Source: Lama glama
Lineage: Eukaryota
Assembly: GCA_028534125.1 (NCBI GenBank)
Contig: CM052840.1
Span: 29,326,001-29,390,000 of the forward strand
DNA: 64,000 bases
Direction of reading: 5' to 3'
Each line of letters starts with the position of its first letter. Positions within the stretch are counted from its first letter, which is position 1. Below the pieces are notes generated by a model. That model was given only the letters and a program-made list of their open reading frames with translations, searched no databases and had not been told where the DNA came from. Position numbers and translations under genes: made by a program. Below are positions 48,084-59,926 of this stretch, piece by piece.

Positions 48084-50618
48084 CACCACCTGCCTCGTGA
48101 GGTGGGACGAGACGGCACGCGAGGCCCTTTGTAACCGCTGTGAGCCGGGCCAGCGTCCGGGCGGTTCTGGCTGAAAGGCCTGCTTCGACTCCGCATGTGC
48201 CCTTGTTCAGATGTGCCCCCTTTCTGAGGCTCTGTTTCCTCATCAGATTTGGTCTCTAGGTTCTTCTCCAGATCGAAATCCTGTAGCTCTTTGCCTCTGG
48301 GGTCCTGAGAGTTCAAGTCTGGGGACCTGAGGGAGGTGTGGGGTCACTGCCAGGTGCGGGGAGCTGGGGGCGGCCAGTGCCTCTCATCCTGCCCCTTGTT
48401 TGGGAGCCCAGCTTCCTTCCTCTGGCGGCCGGGACCCTGGCAAGTCCTGAGCACCTCTGTCTGCACCCCTGGGCTGAGGGCCCTCACCTCGTGAGGCCTG
48501 GAAGGAGGGAGGCCTGCTATAAATAACACTCCAATCAGAAGCCCCTCTCCCTGTGCAGGAAACACAGCAGCCGAGGGGCAGGAAAAAGGTGTTTCCGAAA
48601 GAGAGGCCAGAAGAGGAAGAGGCTCCTGGGGATCCAGGGGCCAGATGGGTCCCTGGTGCTGGAGGAAAGGCCCTGCAGAGCTGGCCGGGTGAGGGTCAGT
48701 GGGCGGCCTAGGGCCAGCTCAGGGGCTGGCGCGTGGCTCCGCCTGCGGTCTGCGTTCATGCAAACAGCCAGTGGAAAGGGCCCAGGAGGGGTTTGGACTG
48801 GGAGACGGGATTTCAGGCTGAGAGCGAGGAATGAAAGTGCCATGTTCACTCACCGTCACTCAGTCACTCATGGAACACCTGCCACAGCCTGGGACTGTGC
48901 TGGGCACGGGACAGGGGGTCCAGGGCTCGGTTATGAAGGATGGTCCGGTTGTAGTAAGTGCCACGGGGGGGGGGGGGCTCAGAGCGGTGGAGGACAGAGG
49001 AGGGAATCGTAGCCGCTGGGTGGGGGCCCGAGGGGAGGCCTCCTGGGAAGTGGGTCCCATCGGCTCCAGGTCTGAGTCAGGCAGAGTGGGTGTGAAGGGG
49101 GCTGGGCATTCCAGGCCGGGGTAAGGAGCCCCCAGACTCTTCCGCTCTGCTCTTCAGGCCCAGCCTTCGTCCGGGAGGGGTCCCAGGGTAGCCCTTGCCC
49201 CCTCCACAGACTCTGGGCCCCTCCCGGGGGTCCCCCTTCTGACCGGCCGAGAGCACTGTCCTCACTCTCCCGTGTGAAGACACGTTAGGGTCTCAAGTGC
49301 CATCTCCTCAAAGAGCCCGAGAAAATCATCAGTGCCCCCGAAAGACAGGCTTGACTCTGTCAGGGCCTCTGCAGGGGCAGACGTGGCAGTCCTGATGCGT
49401 GGGCTCTGGACGTGTGGGCTGCGGCTCAGGGGCCCTGTCAGGCCTTGGTTTCAGGACACTGACTCTCCACTGGGTGGCCCCTGGCATCAGCCCGGGGTTG
49501 TGGGGGGGACCGGGTCAGAAATCGCCCAGCCCTTCCCAGGATGCCCGCCTGAAGCCTCCTTGCTGGTGACCAGACGTTCAGGGACCCTTCTTGGTCTTCC
49601 CAGGTGGGCCCACCGAGGCCCACCTTGCCTGCACCACTTAGGCTGGAAGGAATGAGCACTGAAAGCCGGGAAACGGCTGGCTGGGCTGCAGTCCCTTTGC
49701 TGGAGTGACGCTGGGATCTAAGTGTCCAGTGTGGGTTTTGTTCCAGTCGGAGTGGACGGATGAAGAGGAACAGGGCACTGCGTCTTCACATCTGCACAGG
49801 TCTGGGGTTCGCAGAGGGAGGAGGAAAGGCCTCCTGGGGGCCGGGGAGGGGCTGTGAGGTGGGCGTAGAGCCCTGTGGGAGGGCGGGAGGGTGAGAAGGG
49901 TGGGGCAGCGGGGGGCCTAGCCACAGCCGCCTTCTAGTCAGAGGACGCTGTGCAGGCGCCATGTCCCTCAGTGCCCTCATCTGTAACGGGATCATCTTAA
50001 ACTAGCTTGTTGGCCTGGCAGAGGTCGGAGTGAGCTCACCCACGTAAGGCACCCAGCAGGGCGTGGGGCCCGGGGAAGGGGCAGGTCTTGGTCAGGCCCG
50101 GCCTCCGGGGCAGAGTTCCCTCTGTAACCCGGGCTGTTCAGTCTGTGCAGGCAGGCCTGCGGGAGGCGTCCATGAGCTGGCGAGGATGAAGTGGTGGTGG
50201 GAGCGGGTGCCGGGAAATCTTGCCTTCTACCCACCACCTCCCGCCTGGGGAAGTTCCTGGTCAATAGGAGAGACTGGCCGGGGGTAGGGGAGGCTGAGGC
50301 CCCGGGAGAGCCTGGAGCAGGGCTTCAGGGCAGGCGATGGGCAGCGGGGCGGGTGTGCCTGTTGGGGACTCTCTGGGGCAGGAGTGTGTGAGAGGGAGGC
50401 TCGGCCACCCGGGAGCTGTGGAAGGTCACCTCCCTCCTGGCTGGGTTCCTTTCATGCGCCCTCGGGAGCAGAGTGGTCTGTCTGCCCCCCTCCCCTGGGC
50501 GGGGCCCAGTGCCACCCCCCAGTAGGTGCTCAGTGAAGGCCGGCCACACAGAGCATCCTGGGAGCCCGAGGGAGGACGGCTCGCCCTTTGTCTTCAGGTC
50601 CCTGCATCCTCCCGTCGC

Positions 50619-50636
50619 CGCCACCAGAGGGCGCCG
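50619..50636 (+). promoter_or_regulatory. Candidate CTCF site
   Basis: CCACCAGAGGGCGC at 50621-50634 fits the core consensus CCASYAGRKGGCRS with no mismatch. Confidence 0.55.
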
Positions 50637-53600
50637 TCACCCAGCAGAAGCCAGCCCGACGCCCTGGTGGTGCGGGCAGCCTCGGGCAGCTCTGCGCCCT
50701 GGGGGCTGGGAGGCAGGCCCGGCGCCACCCCCTCCTCTCTGGGCTGGAGGAAAGTCTGGGGCAGCTCTGGAGCTGCTGTGGGGGGTCCCAGGCAGGGTGG
50801 GCCGGCACGGAGGTCCGGCAGCACAAGCCGGCAGCCTGACTCCCGGGCGGCTGTGTTGTCTCCGTTTTCTGGGCACTGTCAACACATCTCTTGCTCTTGA
50901 TTGTGTTCCGTCCACCACTCCCCACCCTCCATCAAACAGCAACGTTTTGGCTTCATTTAGTCTTTATTTTCAGAGCGAAAAGCCCGTCAGGGATCCGGGG
51001 GACCCTGTGTGGAACAGGCTACGGTGCTCTTGGCTGCGGCAAAGGTCAGAGACTTTCTGGCCAGGCTCCTTCCGAATCTCCACCCTTTGGGGTTCTGAGG
51101 CCCTTCTGTCAGGGCCAGACCTCCCCCCACCATCAGCACAGCCCCTGCCCAGCCAGGACCCTTGCCCAGTGCAGAAGGGCCCAGCCCTGGCCGTCCTGGG
51201 CCAGCGCCCTGCAGGCAGGAGCCCGGTGACCCTGCGTCTGGGGTGGGTTTGGGTGCCCGAGGACGACACATCCAGAGTGAGGCGGGGGGGGGCCGGGATG
51301 GGCACTGGGCCTGGGTCCTTGGCCCCATGGCAGTCCCTTAGGGGCAGGGACTCACGGAAAACCTGCCTCCCGGTCCCTCAGGGCCCAGGTCACTGTCCCA
51401 TGGAGGGAACCGAGGTTTCCACAGGCTGGATCTGTTGCGTGGGTAGCTCTGCTGGTTCCCCTCCCCAAAGAGCCCTTTCCGGGGACAGAGGGTCTGCGGG
51501 TAGCTCCGGGGCCTGTGTCCTGAGCCCTGAGGCCAGGCGGTTGTTCCAGGACAGCCCCAGGGGCACACAGCGGAGAGTGGTCACCACCGCTGCAGGCTCC
51601 CCATCTGCTCCCAGGGTCATCTCCTCCAGCGGTCCTGAGCGGGGCATCCACTTGGAGACTGGCTCCAGGCTGGGGCACTCTGACCCCCGTGTATCTGCCT
51701 TGACCCGGGGAGCCTCTAGGGTGTGCGAGCTCCCAGGGGACAGGACCTGCGGGGAGGACAGGCTCTGCCCCGAGTCCGCCTCTTTGTTTTAAAGGGACAG
51801 TGTCAGCAGTCCCCTTCCTGCTGGGACAGTGGGACGTTGTCGATCAGCTGCCCTGCGTGTAGTGACTTTTCAGTGTTGTGGGAGCGGCCGTGTGTGAGTG
51901 GAAAGAGCGGTAGGTCCAGCCTCGGGGCTGACGGGGCATCAGGTGAACCGGCCGGCCCGGCACTCGGCAGCTACGCTGGCGCCGGGCGTGGGCAGGTGCA
52001 GGCCGGGGCTGAGTCTCGGTTCTGCTGCTTCCCAGCGGGGCAGCTAGCCTCCGTGCTTCGTCCCCTCGCTGTAAGTGAGTTTGTTGTGAGGGAGCTTAGC
52101 CTGCAGAGGGGCCAGCACGTGACCGGCCCTGCAGGGAGGTTGGCGGGACTGTCCGTCTTCCGCGTCTCCGGGTTTTCTTTCTGAGTCCCCCCACCCCCCG
52201 ACATTGGGAACATCCAAGGACAGAGCTGTTTGCATCAGGCTGGCGGCTCCTCAGGGCCGGGCTGTGGCTCCCGCGTCAGCTTGGGATTTCCTGGAGGTGA
52301 GGGCTGTCTCCCCGCGGCCTTGGCCTCCGTGAACTTGGCAGCTGGGCTCGCCCATCAGACTGGGGCGCCTCTGAAGGCAGGGCTTCGATTCCTCCTGTGC
52401 CCTCAGACTGGGGGCGAGAGCATCAAGGTCGGAACAGAGGCTCCTGCGGGTGAAGAGCGTTTAAGTTAAGGTCATCCGTCAGCCCAGGAGGACAGGCAGC
52501 CGAGGCCGTGGGCTTGGTGGGCGCCGAGCGTGCTTCCCTGAGGCCGAGCCTGCCTCTGGACCTTGGTGCTGGGAACTTACTGGCAGAAGGCGTTTCCGCA
52601 GTGGGGGCGTCGGGGGTGCCGGGGCAGAGTTGGCCGGGGCTGGGGGAGGCCTGGGAGGCGTCGCGTTCCAGGCTCTGTGACTCAGCTCACATCGTGGCAG
52701 CCCCTCAGCAGCTGGCCGCATGGGAACGCAGTTGGTGGGCCTGGCCTGGGGGGCAGCGGTGGCCTCCCCTCGGGCACAGCCGCATCTCGGCAGGAAAGGA
52801 TGAAGGGATCCTGGCAGGACTGACCTCTTCGTATACCTGCCTGTGACAGCCAGCCCCAAGCTTGCCTCTAGGTGAGGCTTACAAGCCTCACATGAAGCAG
52901 GTCATCCTGGGAATGTGCAGAAGCAGGTCCCGACACCTGTCTGAGCTGGGGGGTGGTTCCGGGCAGCGGCAATGGAGGTGAGCTGGCCTTGCTGGGGGCG
53001 GGCAGGGCCGGGTGGGGCAGGCCCCATCTCTGGTGTTTTGTGGGTGGGGGGACCAGCGAGTCTCCAGGAGGGAAGGTGGGCTCTGAAGTCACATCCCCCG
53101 GTCCACGTCCTGGGCCTGCTGTGCCTGATGGTGTGGAACACGTCATGGAATCTGTCTGAGCATCAGTTTCCTCTTCTGAGACGTGGGGGTGAGAACACCC
53201 CGGGAGGTGGGCGGGGCGGTCGATGAGGTCATGCACAGGCTTTATAACAGGTTTTGCCGGGATGGGTGGTTGGGAGTATTAAGGTGGCCTGGTCCCGGGG
53301 AGGGGAGTCCTAAGAGGACACGTGCGGGGAAGGGACGTCCTTGGGGGATGTGTGGAGAAGGACAGGCAGAGGGTGCAGATGTGCTTAGCAGGCCGCTGTG
53401 CTGGGTGCCGCTCCCATCTCTCTCCCCCGTGCATCTGCAGAAGCAGAACATACGTCCCCGGGAGCCCCCGGACACAAGGACGCCGCCCGGACAGCAGACT
53501 CCCTCCAGGGGTGGCCATGCCCTGGCTGGGAGAAGTGGGTGGGTCCGGGCTGGGGCAGGCGCACAGAGCAGCAGCCCCAAGGCGCTGGCTGGGGCTGTGG

Positions 53601-56600
53601 GACCCCAGGGCTCTGCTTCGGGTGGTGGGCACAGCGGGGTAAACCCCCAGAGCCCCCAGACCTGAGGCAAGGAGGAACCAGACCTGGAGTCGGATCCTGG
53701 GAGTGTGTGCTCCGGGCCGGGTGGGGCCGCGGGACCCTGTGCGTGACAGCCCGCTTCTCGGAGCCTCCATTTCCTCATCCGCAGGGTAAGGGCCCTGATT
53801 CCTGCTTGAACCGGTTTCTTGAGGGTAAGGAGGCCCCTGGGCAGAGCCATGGGGGTGACTAGCCGCCTGGTTGGATGGGTCCTCTTCAGCCCTCGCATGG
53901 GTGTCTGGCACGCCAAGGGGAGGGCGGCTCTCCTCTGGGGACGGAATCCACCTCCCGCTCATCCCAGCAGTGCTTCCCCGTGTGAGGCTGAACACCCATG
54001 CCTCTGGGGACGTGCGTTCGTGTGCTGTTGCTGCTCCAGCAAATTCCCACCACCTCTGTGGCTTCCCACGACACACGTGTGATCGCGTGGCTGTGGGTCG
54101 GGGTGCCGCTAGGTAAGACCAGACGTGGGCAGGGCTGGGTCCCTGCCGAGCCACCAGGATAGGCCGCTCTTACTCTGGTCCGTGGCCCCTTCCTGCGTTT
54201 CAACGCTGGCAGCCGCAGCCCAGGCCCCCCTCGCTGTCCTCTGCCTGTCCCCTGCCTGTCCCCTGAAGCCGGGAAGGGGTCTCTGCTTTTAAGGGTTTGT
54301 GGGACTGGGTTGGGTCCACCTGGATAATCCAGGCGACTCTGTCACTGGTCCTTAACCTTGGTCACGTCTGCAGTTTGAGGTCATGCGTTACAAGTTCTAA
54401 GTATTGGGGCAGAGGCGTCTTCAGGGCCCATTGCTCTGCCACCAGCACCCCAGGGAGTGGAGTGGCCCCTGACACCGAGGGCCGCTGAGTGGAGCTAACA
54501 CGTGTAAAGTGACCACGCCCACTAAGGACTCAGTGAGCATTCGCCGTTGCTTCCCCGTTAAGATTAGTCATCACACCACTTCCCTGAGTGAGACGCGCCA
54601 GCTCTCTGCCGCCCGCCCTCCCTCCGCCCCCGAGTCCTGCAGCGTCACAGGGCCTTGGCAGCGCGGGCTCCCGGCCAAGGAGACACACAGACTTCTCCTT
54701 GTGCTGTGTGAGGGCGGCTGCCAGCAGTGGGCACAGGGCCCGGCCCCTGGCTGTCCCGCGGCCGCGGCGTTCACTCAGCTCACCGGGGAACAGAAGGCCC
54801 CTTCTTCCGAGGGCAGCGAGGCTCCGGGCGGACCCCTGTGGGGACTGAAGCTGCTCTGTGGGGGAGAAGCCTCCGTTGTGAGCAGCCCCGCTGTTTGCAA
54901 AGCGTTTTACAATCATTTTTATTAGCGGAGCCCGGGAGCCCCGAGGACAATGGGAGACTGTCACCCACCCCCGCCTCTCTGGGGGAAACTGAGGCCCCCA
55001 CGGTCGGAGGCAGGACCCCGGGCCACGTGAGGGGGAGGATTTGACCAGCATTTCATCACCAGAGGCGCCAGACACTCTTCCCGGCCCCCGGTTCACTGAA
55101 CCAGCCAAAAATTAACACCCACATGGCCCATGGCAGCTCTGACTTTTCTCTAAAAGAACAACTTGAGACGCAGCCACCCTCCTGCCTGTCAAGGCTCCGC
55201 CTGGGCCATTCCTCAGCCCCCACTGCTCCCTCTCCCTCAGCTCTGGGCTCTCCCGTCCCATCGGGACCCTCTCCGGGCTCCAGGGGCCTCCCCACCCTGC
55301 CCACACCCACACCTCCAACACACACAGTTCTGACAGCTTTGCTGTGTTCTCCAAGGACCCTCCCCGCAGCCCACGGGACACCTAGAGACCCATCCTCCCC
55401 AGTTCACCTCAGAGGAGGCCCCTTCAGGCCCACCGCCTCCAGGAAGGCCTCCCACTGAGCCCACTGCGCCACCCCGTACAGCCCCCAGGTCGCATGGCTC
55501 ATGCCACCCCCTCAGTACCCAGGCGGTGCTCCCGGCTGGGAGGCGTGCCCCCCCCCCATCTGGCAGGGAGGCCCCCTGCCCCACGGCCACACTAGCCCTG
55601 GAGGGGCTTCCTCCCTGCCCACCACAGACACTGCCTGCCACGGCTCCTTTACCCCTAATTGAACAACTTGTTGTTCTCCTGGCTGGCAGAATGGCCGAGC
55701 GCTCGGCAGCTGCCATCCCCATCCGGAAGTAAGCGCGCGCCTTCCTGCCACCTCTCCTATTTCCAGGCCAGCCTCTCCCTCACAGTCGGTGTCAGCTTTG
55801 TTTGCAGCTTTGTGGTTTTGTGTTTTTTCTGCTGTTTAATATTGTCTCAGGCATTTTCCGTGTCCGTCAGAGCTCCGCACGTGTCGCTGTTAACGCTCTT
55901 TCCCGGGGGGGCACCATGACTCGCTCACCCATCCCAAACTGCAGGGGGTGACTCCGTTAGCCGGTGTTTTGGAAGAGTCTTCCCCCCACCCAACCCCACT
56001 CCAAAGCCACCGGAAGACAGAAGAGATGACCCGCTGCCTTCACGGGACTCTGATAGGATGGAGACTGGGCGGCGTTTGGAAATCAGTATCACCCGCCCTT
56101 CCTGACACGGTGGGGAGGCCGTCCGCCGCAGGGGAGCTGCTCGTGGCGGGGGGCTCCCTCCGCTGGGTCCTCTGAGGGGCGGCCCCCAGACTCAGGCCCA
56201 GGGCGGGAGGGCTGCGGTGGGAGGGGTTCTGCCACCCTGTCAGTCCTGCTGGCCATGCTGCTCAGAGAGGCGCCTCAGGATCCGTCTGATCCAGTTCATC
56301 CAGCGATAAGGACCTCCTGTGTGTGTAGATGGCGGATGTGTCCACAGCCGTCAGAGGCCCAGGGAGGGGCACCTGCAGCACCCCCGGGCCTCCCTTCCAA
56401 GCCAGCGTGGCCAGTGTCTGCCACCCAGTCCACAGACACCAGCTTCCGCAGTCACACCTGCACCCAGGCCTCGCGCACGCCACGTCTGTGCGGTACCCGG
56501 CCACACGTCCGGAGTGTCCTTTCTCTGCACAGTGCAGGCGCACATGAGGACCGGACCAGGAGATGGAGCCTCCCCAAGGGCCCTGCCCGGCTGTGTGGCC

Positions 56601-59600
56601 GCTGCACTGCACCGTCTTGCCCCACGAGACCCCGTGAGGCAAAGTGCGCCGAGCGCCAGCTCTGAGGGCTTGGAGCCGGGAGTCACTGGAGCGTGGGCCT
56701 GGCGGGCTCACAAAGAGAGGGAGACAGTGAGGGCTGGTGTGCAAGGCCGGGGGTGGGGGGCGCTGCCCAGGGCTCTCCCTGCCCCTCCGCGCGGGAGGGA
56801 CTGGCCGCAGCCCAGAGCCAGCTCCCCTTGTCCCTGGTTGGCAGTTCCCGTGGGAAGATCAGGGCTGCCCATCCCGGAATCCTGGCGCCCAGAACCTCTG
56901 CTTCCCGTAGGGCTCAAAGCCCACTTGTTAACACAGCGCCGGCACTGCCCCCACCTCCGCTTCCTCAGGCTGCGTCCCGAGTCCCCGTCCAGTGCTGAGT
57001 GTCCCTTCTGAGTTCGGGGCAGTGGCACATCTGGCCACATCTGGCCCAGCACAGTTCCTGGGAGGGCCCCAGTGGCTGCCTGCACACACAGGCCCCCGAG
57101 CAGGCGGGCTGAGAACAGGCTTGGGCAGACGTGGGCTGACGGTGACCGTGGCACCAGGCGCCTGGTTTTACCTCCTGGGACCTCACTTTCCTTCCCTGTA
57201 AAATGGGACTGTTGATCACCCTCAATTCCTGAAGTTGTCGAGATTCAACAAGTTACCACAAGCAACCCCCGTGCGGGCAGGGCGCACCCCAGAGTAGGTG
57301 CTCAGCTCCGGGCTCCAAGCAAGGGCTCTGCGTCCTCTCCCCGACCGCTCCCCCAGGCTGGCTGGCTGTCTGTCTGTCTGAAAGTCCAGGTGGGCCTCGT
57401 GCACACACAGAAGTGTCTGCAGGTCTCCCCAGGTCACTGGGCTTGGATGGCAGGCCTGGGGAGGGAGGCGGGCCGGAGGGGCCTGGGTGGACAGCTGCGT
57501 GGGGCAAGTCCCCGGAGCTCCGCTGCCCCAGCTGCTTCCTGTTAGCCGGACGCCGGGGAGAAGCGTGTTTCCACGGAACCGGGCAAGCCCAGGCCGTGCT
57601 CTCACGCCCAGGACCTCTGTTTGCCCGCATCAGCAGCCCCGAGGACAGGGCAGAGCTGGCTGGGGGCTTGTCCGAGCTGGACAGCTGGCCCTGGCCAGAG
57701 ATGGTCACACCAGCCAGGCCTGGGGCTAATGTCAGGTGGGCCTGTGGGCTTCGTTTCGGGGGGAGTCTTCCCAGCAGCCTTCTGGTGCCCTAGGGCAACA
57801 GGGGGGCACGGCTGCAGCCTGAATCCCCCCCCACCGATGCCAGGGCTGGCCCCGAGCGGGCGTGGGTTTGTGAAGGATTTTGACCACCTGTTCTTGAAGC
57901 AAATGCCTCCAGGAATCTCGAGGTACGCTTACTCGGCCCCCAGGACGCTCAGAGGGCGTCCAGGCCCCGCGGCTCGTAACCCCCCCCACCGTGCTCCGAG
58001 GTCCCCGAGGACGGCCTTCTGTGACCCGACACCGTGCAAGACGGTCTGGATTGCCAAGAGGGGTCTCGTTCACAAACTGTCAGGGAAGAGGCGGTGACTG
58101 AATGCCGCAAGCGGCCTGAGCGGGGTCTTGCTGCAGCAGGCCCTGGGGACGGGCGGCGCCTGGAGAGAGCGCAAGCGCTCGGCAGCAGGACGGCCCCGGC
58201 CAGTGCTCTGCCCGTGGGGCCGGGACGGGAGTTACAGGAGAGGTGCTGACTTGTAGGAAGTGGGCGCTGAGGCCATCGGGTGACGCCGGCTGCCAGCAGT
58301 TTACTCTCAGATGGTTCAGGGGAAAGTTCTTTGTACTAAAACTTGGAACATTTCTCTAATTTTAAGACAGTTTCCAAAAAGCTAATCAGAAACAAGCAGC
58401 GAGGAGGAGAGCTCTGTGCCGAGCGCGCGCTCAGCCAGCACGAGGGCCGGTTCCGCCCCAGCTCCTGCGCCAGACAGACAAGCAGACAGCAGCAGCCCCA
58501 GCAAACCCAGCAGCTTCCCACGGACCGAGCCCGAGTCCTCCGTCTTGGGGCGTCTCTTATCGTCTTGGGGCGTCTTCTGCTACTCTGGGCCTGGTTTGAA
58601 CTCACACAGTCTAGGTGACTGACGCAAGGCACCGTCGACAAGTGTAAACATCACGACGAATCTGCCACCAGCCAAGGTCGCTGGGTCCTTCCCGTAGACC
58701 CGGAGTTAACCCGGAAGAGGGGCAGGAAGGGGACTGTGTCCTTAGGCTCGAGAAAGGGGTGAGGGAATGATTCCAGAGGGAGAAAAAATGGTCTGGGGAA
58801 AGTGCAGAGACGCTGGGAGCTCGTGGGCAGCACGAAGAAAGGGGTGCTGTTATCGGGCGTGGGGGGCACCCCTCGGGGCACGCAGCTCATCACCCCACAT
58901 CAGGAAGTCCCAGGCCCCCCCTGAGCTGGCCAAGAGCGGAGAGCCAGGTCCCGCAGGCTCTGGCCACCGGCGACCTCGGGCGAGCTGGCTCCTTCTCTGC
59001 AGGGTACTGGTGACACAAAGGGAGAGGTGCCTCTGCCCGCCTGGCTCCCGGGCCATCGCGAGACCCACGTGAGGTGATCTACGAGCAGATGTTCTAGCTG
59101 CCAAACACAGTATTCGTTTCATTCCCTGTGATTTATAGTTTACTGTTCATACTATTTCTTAGGGCAGAGGCACCACACCGTCCTGGTGGTGCTCCTGGCC
59201 TCTTGTGTGTCCTGATTAAGTGACCTGAAAACACCAAACAAAACATCAGAGCAGGTCCCCTCCCTCCGTCCCTGGCAGAGCCCACGCCCCGTGTGCGGGC
59301 AGTGCCCAGGGCCACCCCTCCCTCCCCCGCAGGGCAGGCCCAGCAAACCCAGAGAGCCGGCCGCTCAGGGTCAGGCCCTCCTTCCAGGCCTCGAGGAGGG
59401 CTCAGCGACACAGCCCTGAATTCTGCCCCTCCATTCCAGGGGCATCTGGTCACACGCCCCCGTCCTGGCCCCTGGCCTGCAGTCCCAGCCTGTGAGCAGC
59501 ACAGGGCAGCCAATGGGAAGGCCCCATCAGCCAGGTGGCCCCTCAGACCGTCTGTCCTTGGAGGAGACAGGAGGTGAGTCTCGAGGGCTGTGAAGTGGAG

Positions 59601-59912
59601 CCACAGAGGGGCTGGGGACATTTCCCTGGTGCCCAGGGTGGGACACGGGGCTCTCCACACTGTCCACAGCCTGGCCTCTGCTGGAGGGTGTCCCCTGGCT
59701 GGCTGAGGGCTGAGACCCCAGTGAAAGTGGCCCCTTCCTGCCCCTCCCCTGCCAGCCCACGAGTGCAGGGACGCCGGGTCCCGGGAGCCCAGGTGTAGGG
59801 CGGTGTCGCCTCCGGGAGCTCTCTGTCCCCGGAACCCGGGCCTGACAGCATGGCCTATTTTCCGCCATTAGCCCTGCAGCTGCCTCTGCTCCACCGCTGA
59901 CCCTGGTCACCC

Positions 59913-59926
59913 GTTGCCAAGGCAAC
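59913..59926. promoter_or_regulatory. RFX X-box; candidate promoter of the minus-strand gene relic
   Basis: GTTGCCAAGGCAAC, one mismatch from the palindrome GTTGCCATGGCAAC; a minus-strand ATG (MAENR...) starts at 59868. Confidence 0.55.

Larger units (their letters stand above)
38588..48516 (-). pseudogene. Core of an unidentified multi-exon minus-strand gene or unitary pseudogene (about 15 exon-like blocks)
   Basis: Candidate exons: 48516-48488, 48326-48136, 45254-45219, 44880-44805, 44330-44213, 44102-43990, 43639-43544, 43422-43294, 43171-43135, 42429-42123, 41576-?, 41193-41116, 39324-?, 39153-?, 38910-?. Polypyrimidine-AG acceptors, GAA-rich bodies, two runs of compatible phases, several in-frame stops. 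Confidence 0.55.

Noticed and set aside
48517-48526. CTATAAATAA as a TATA box or MEF2 site
   Set aside because: It fits both motifs but is isolated, and is equally explained as the minus-strand acceptor ttatttatag of the 48516 block.
50473-51792. 439-aa plus-strand ORF
   Set aside because: Non-ATG start, Pro/Gly/Arg/Ser-rich composition and no recognisable domain; expected by chance at this GC content.
58541-58576. 20-bp-period duplication of CGTCTTGGGGCGTCT
   Set aside because: A single local slippage event with no sign of function.
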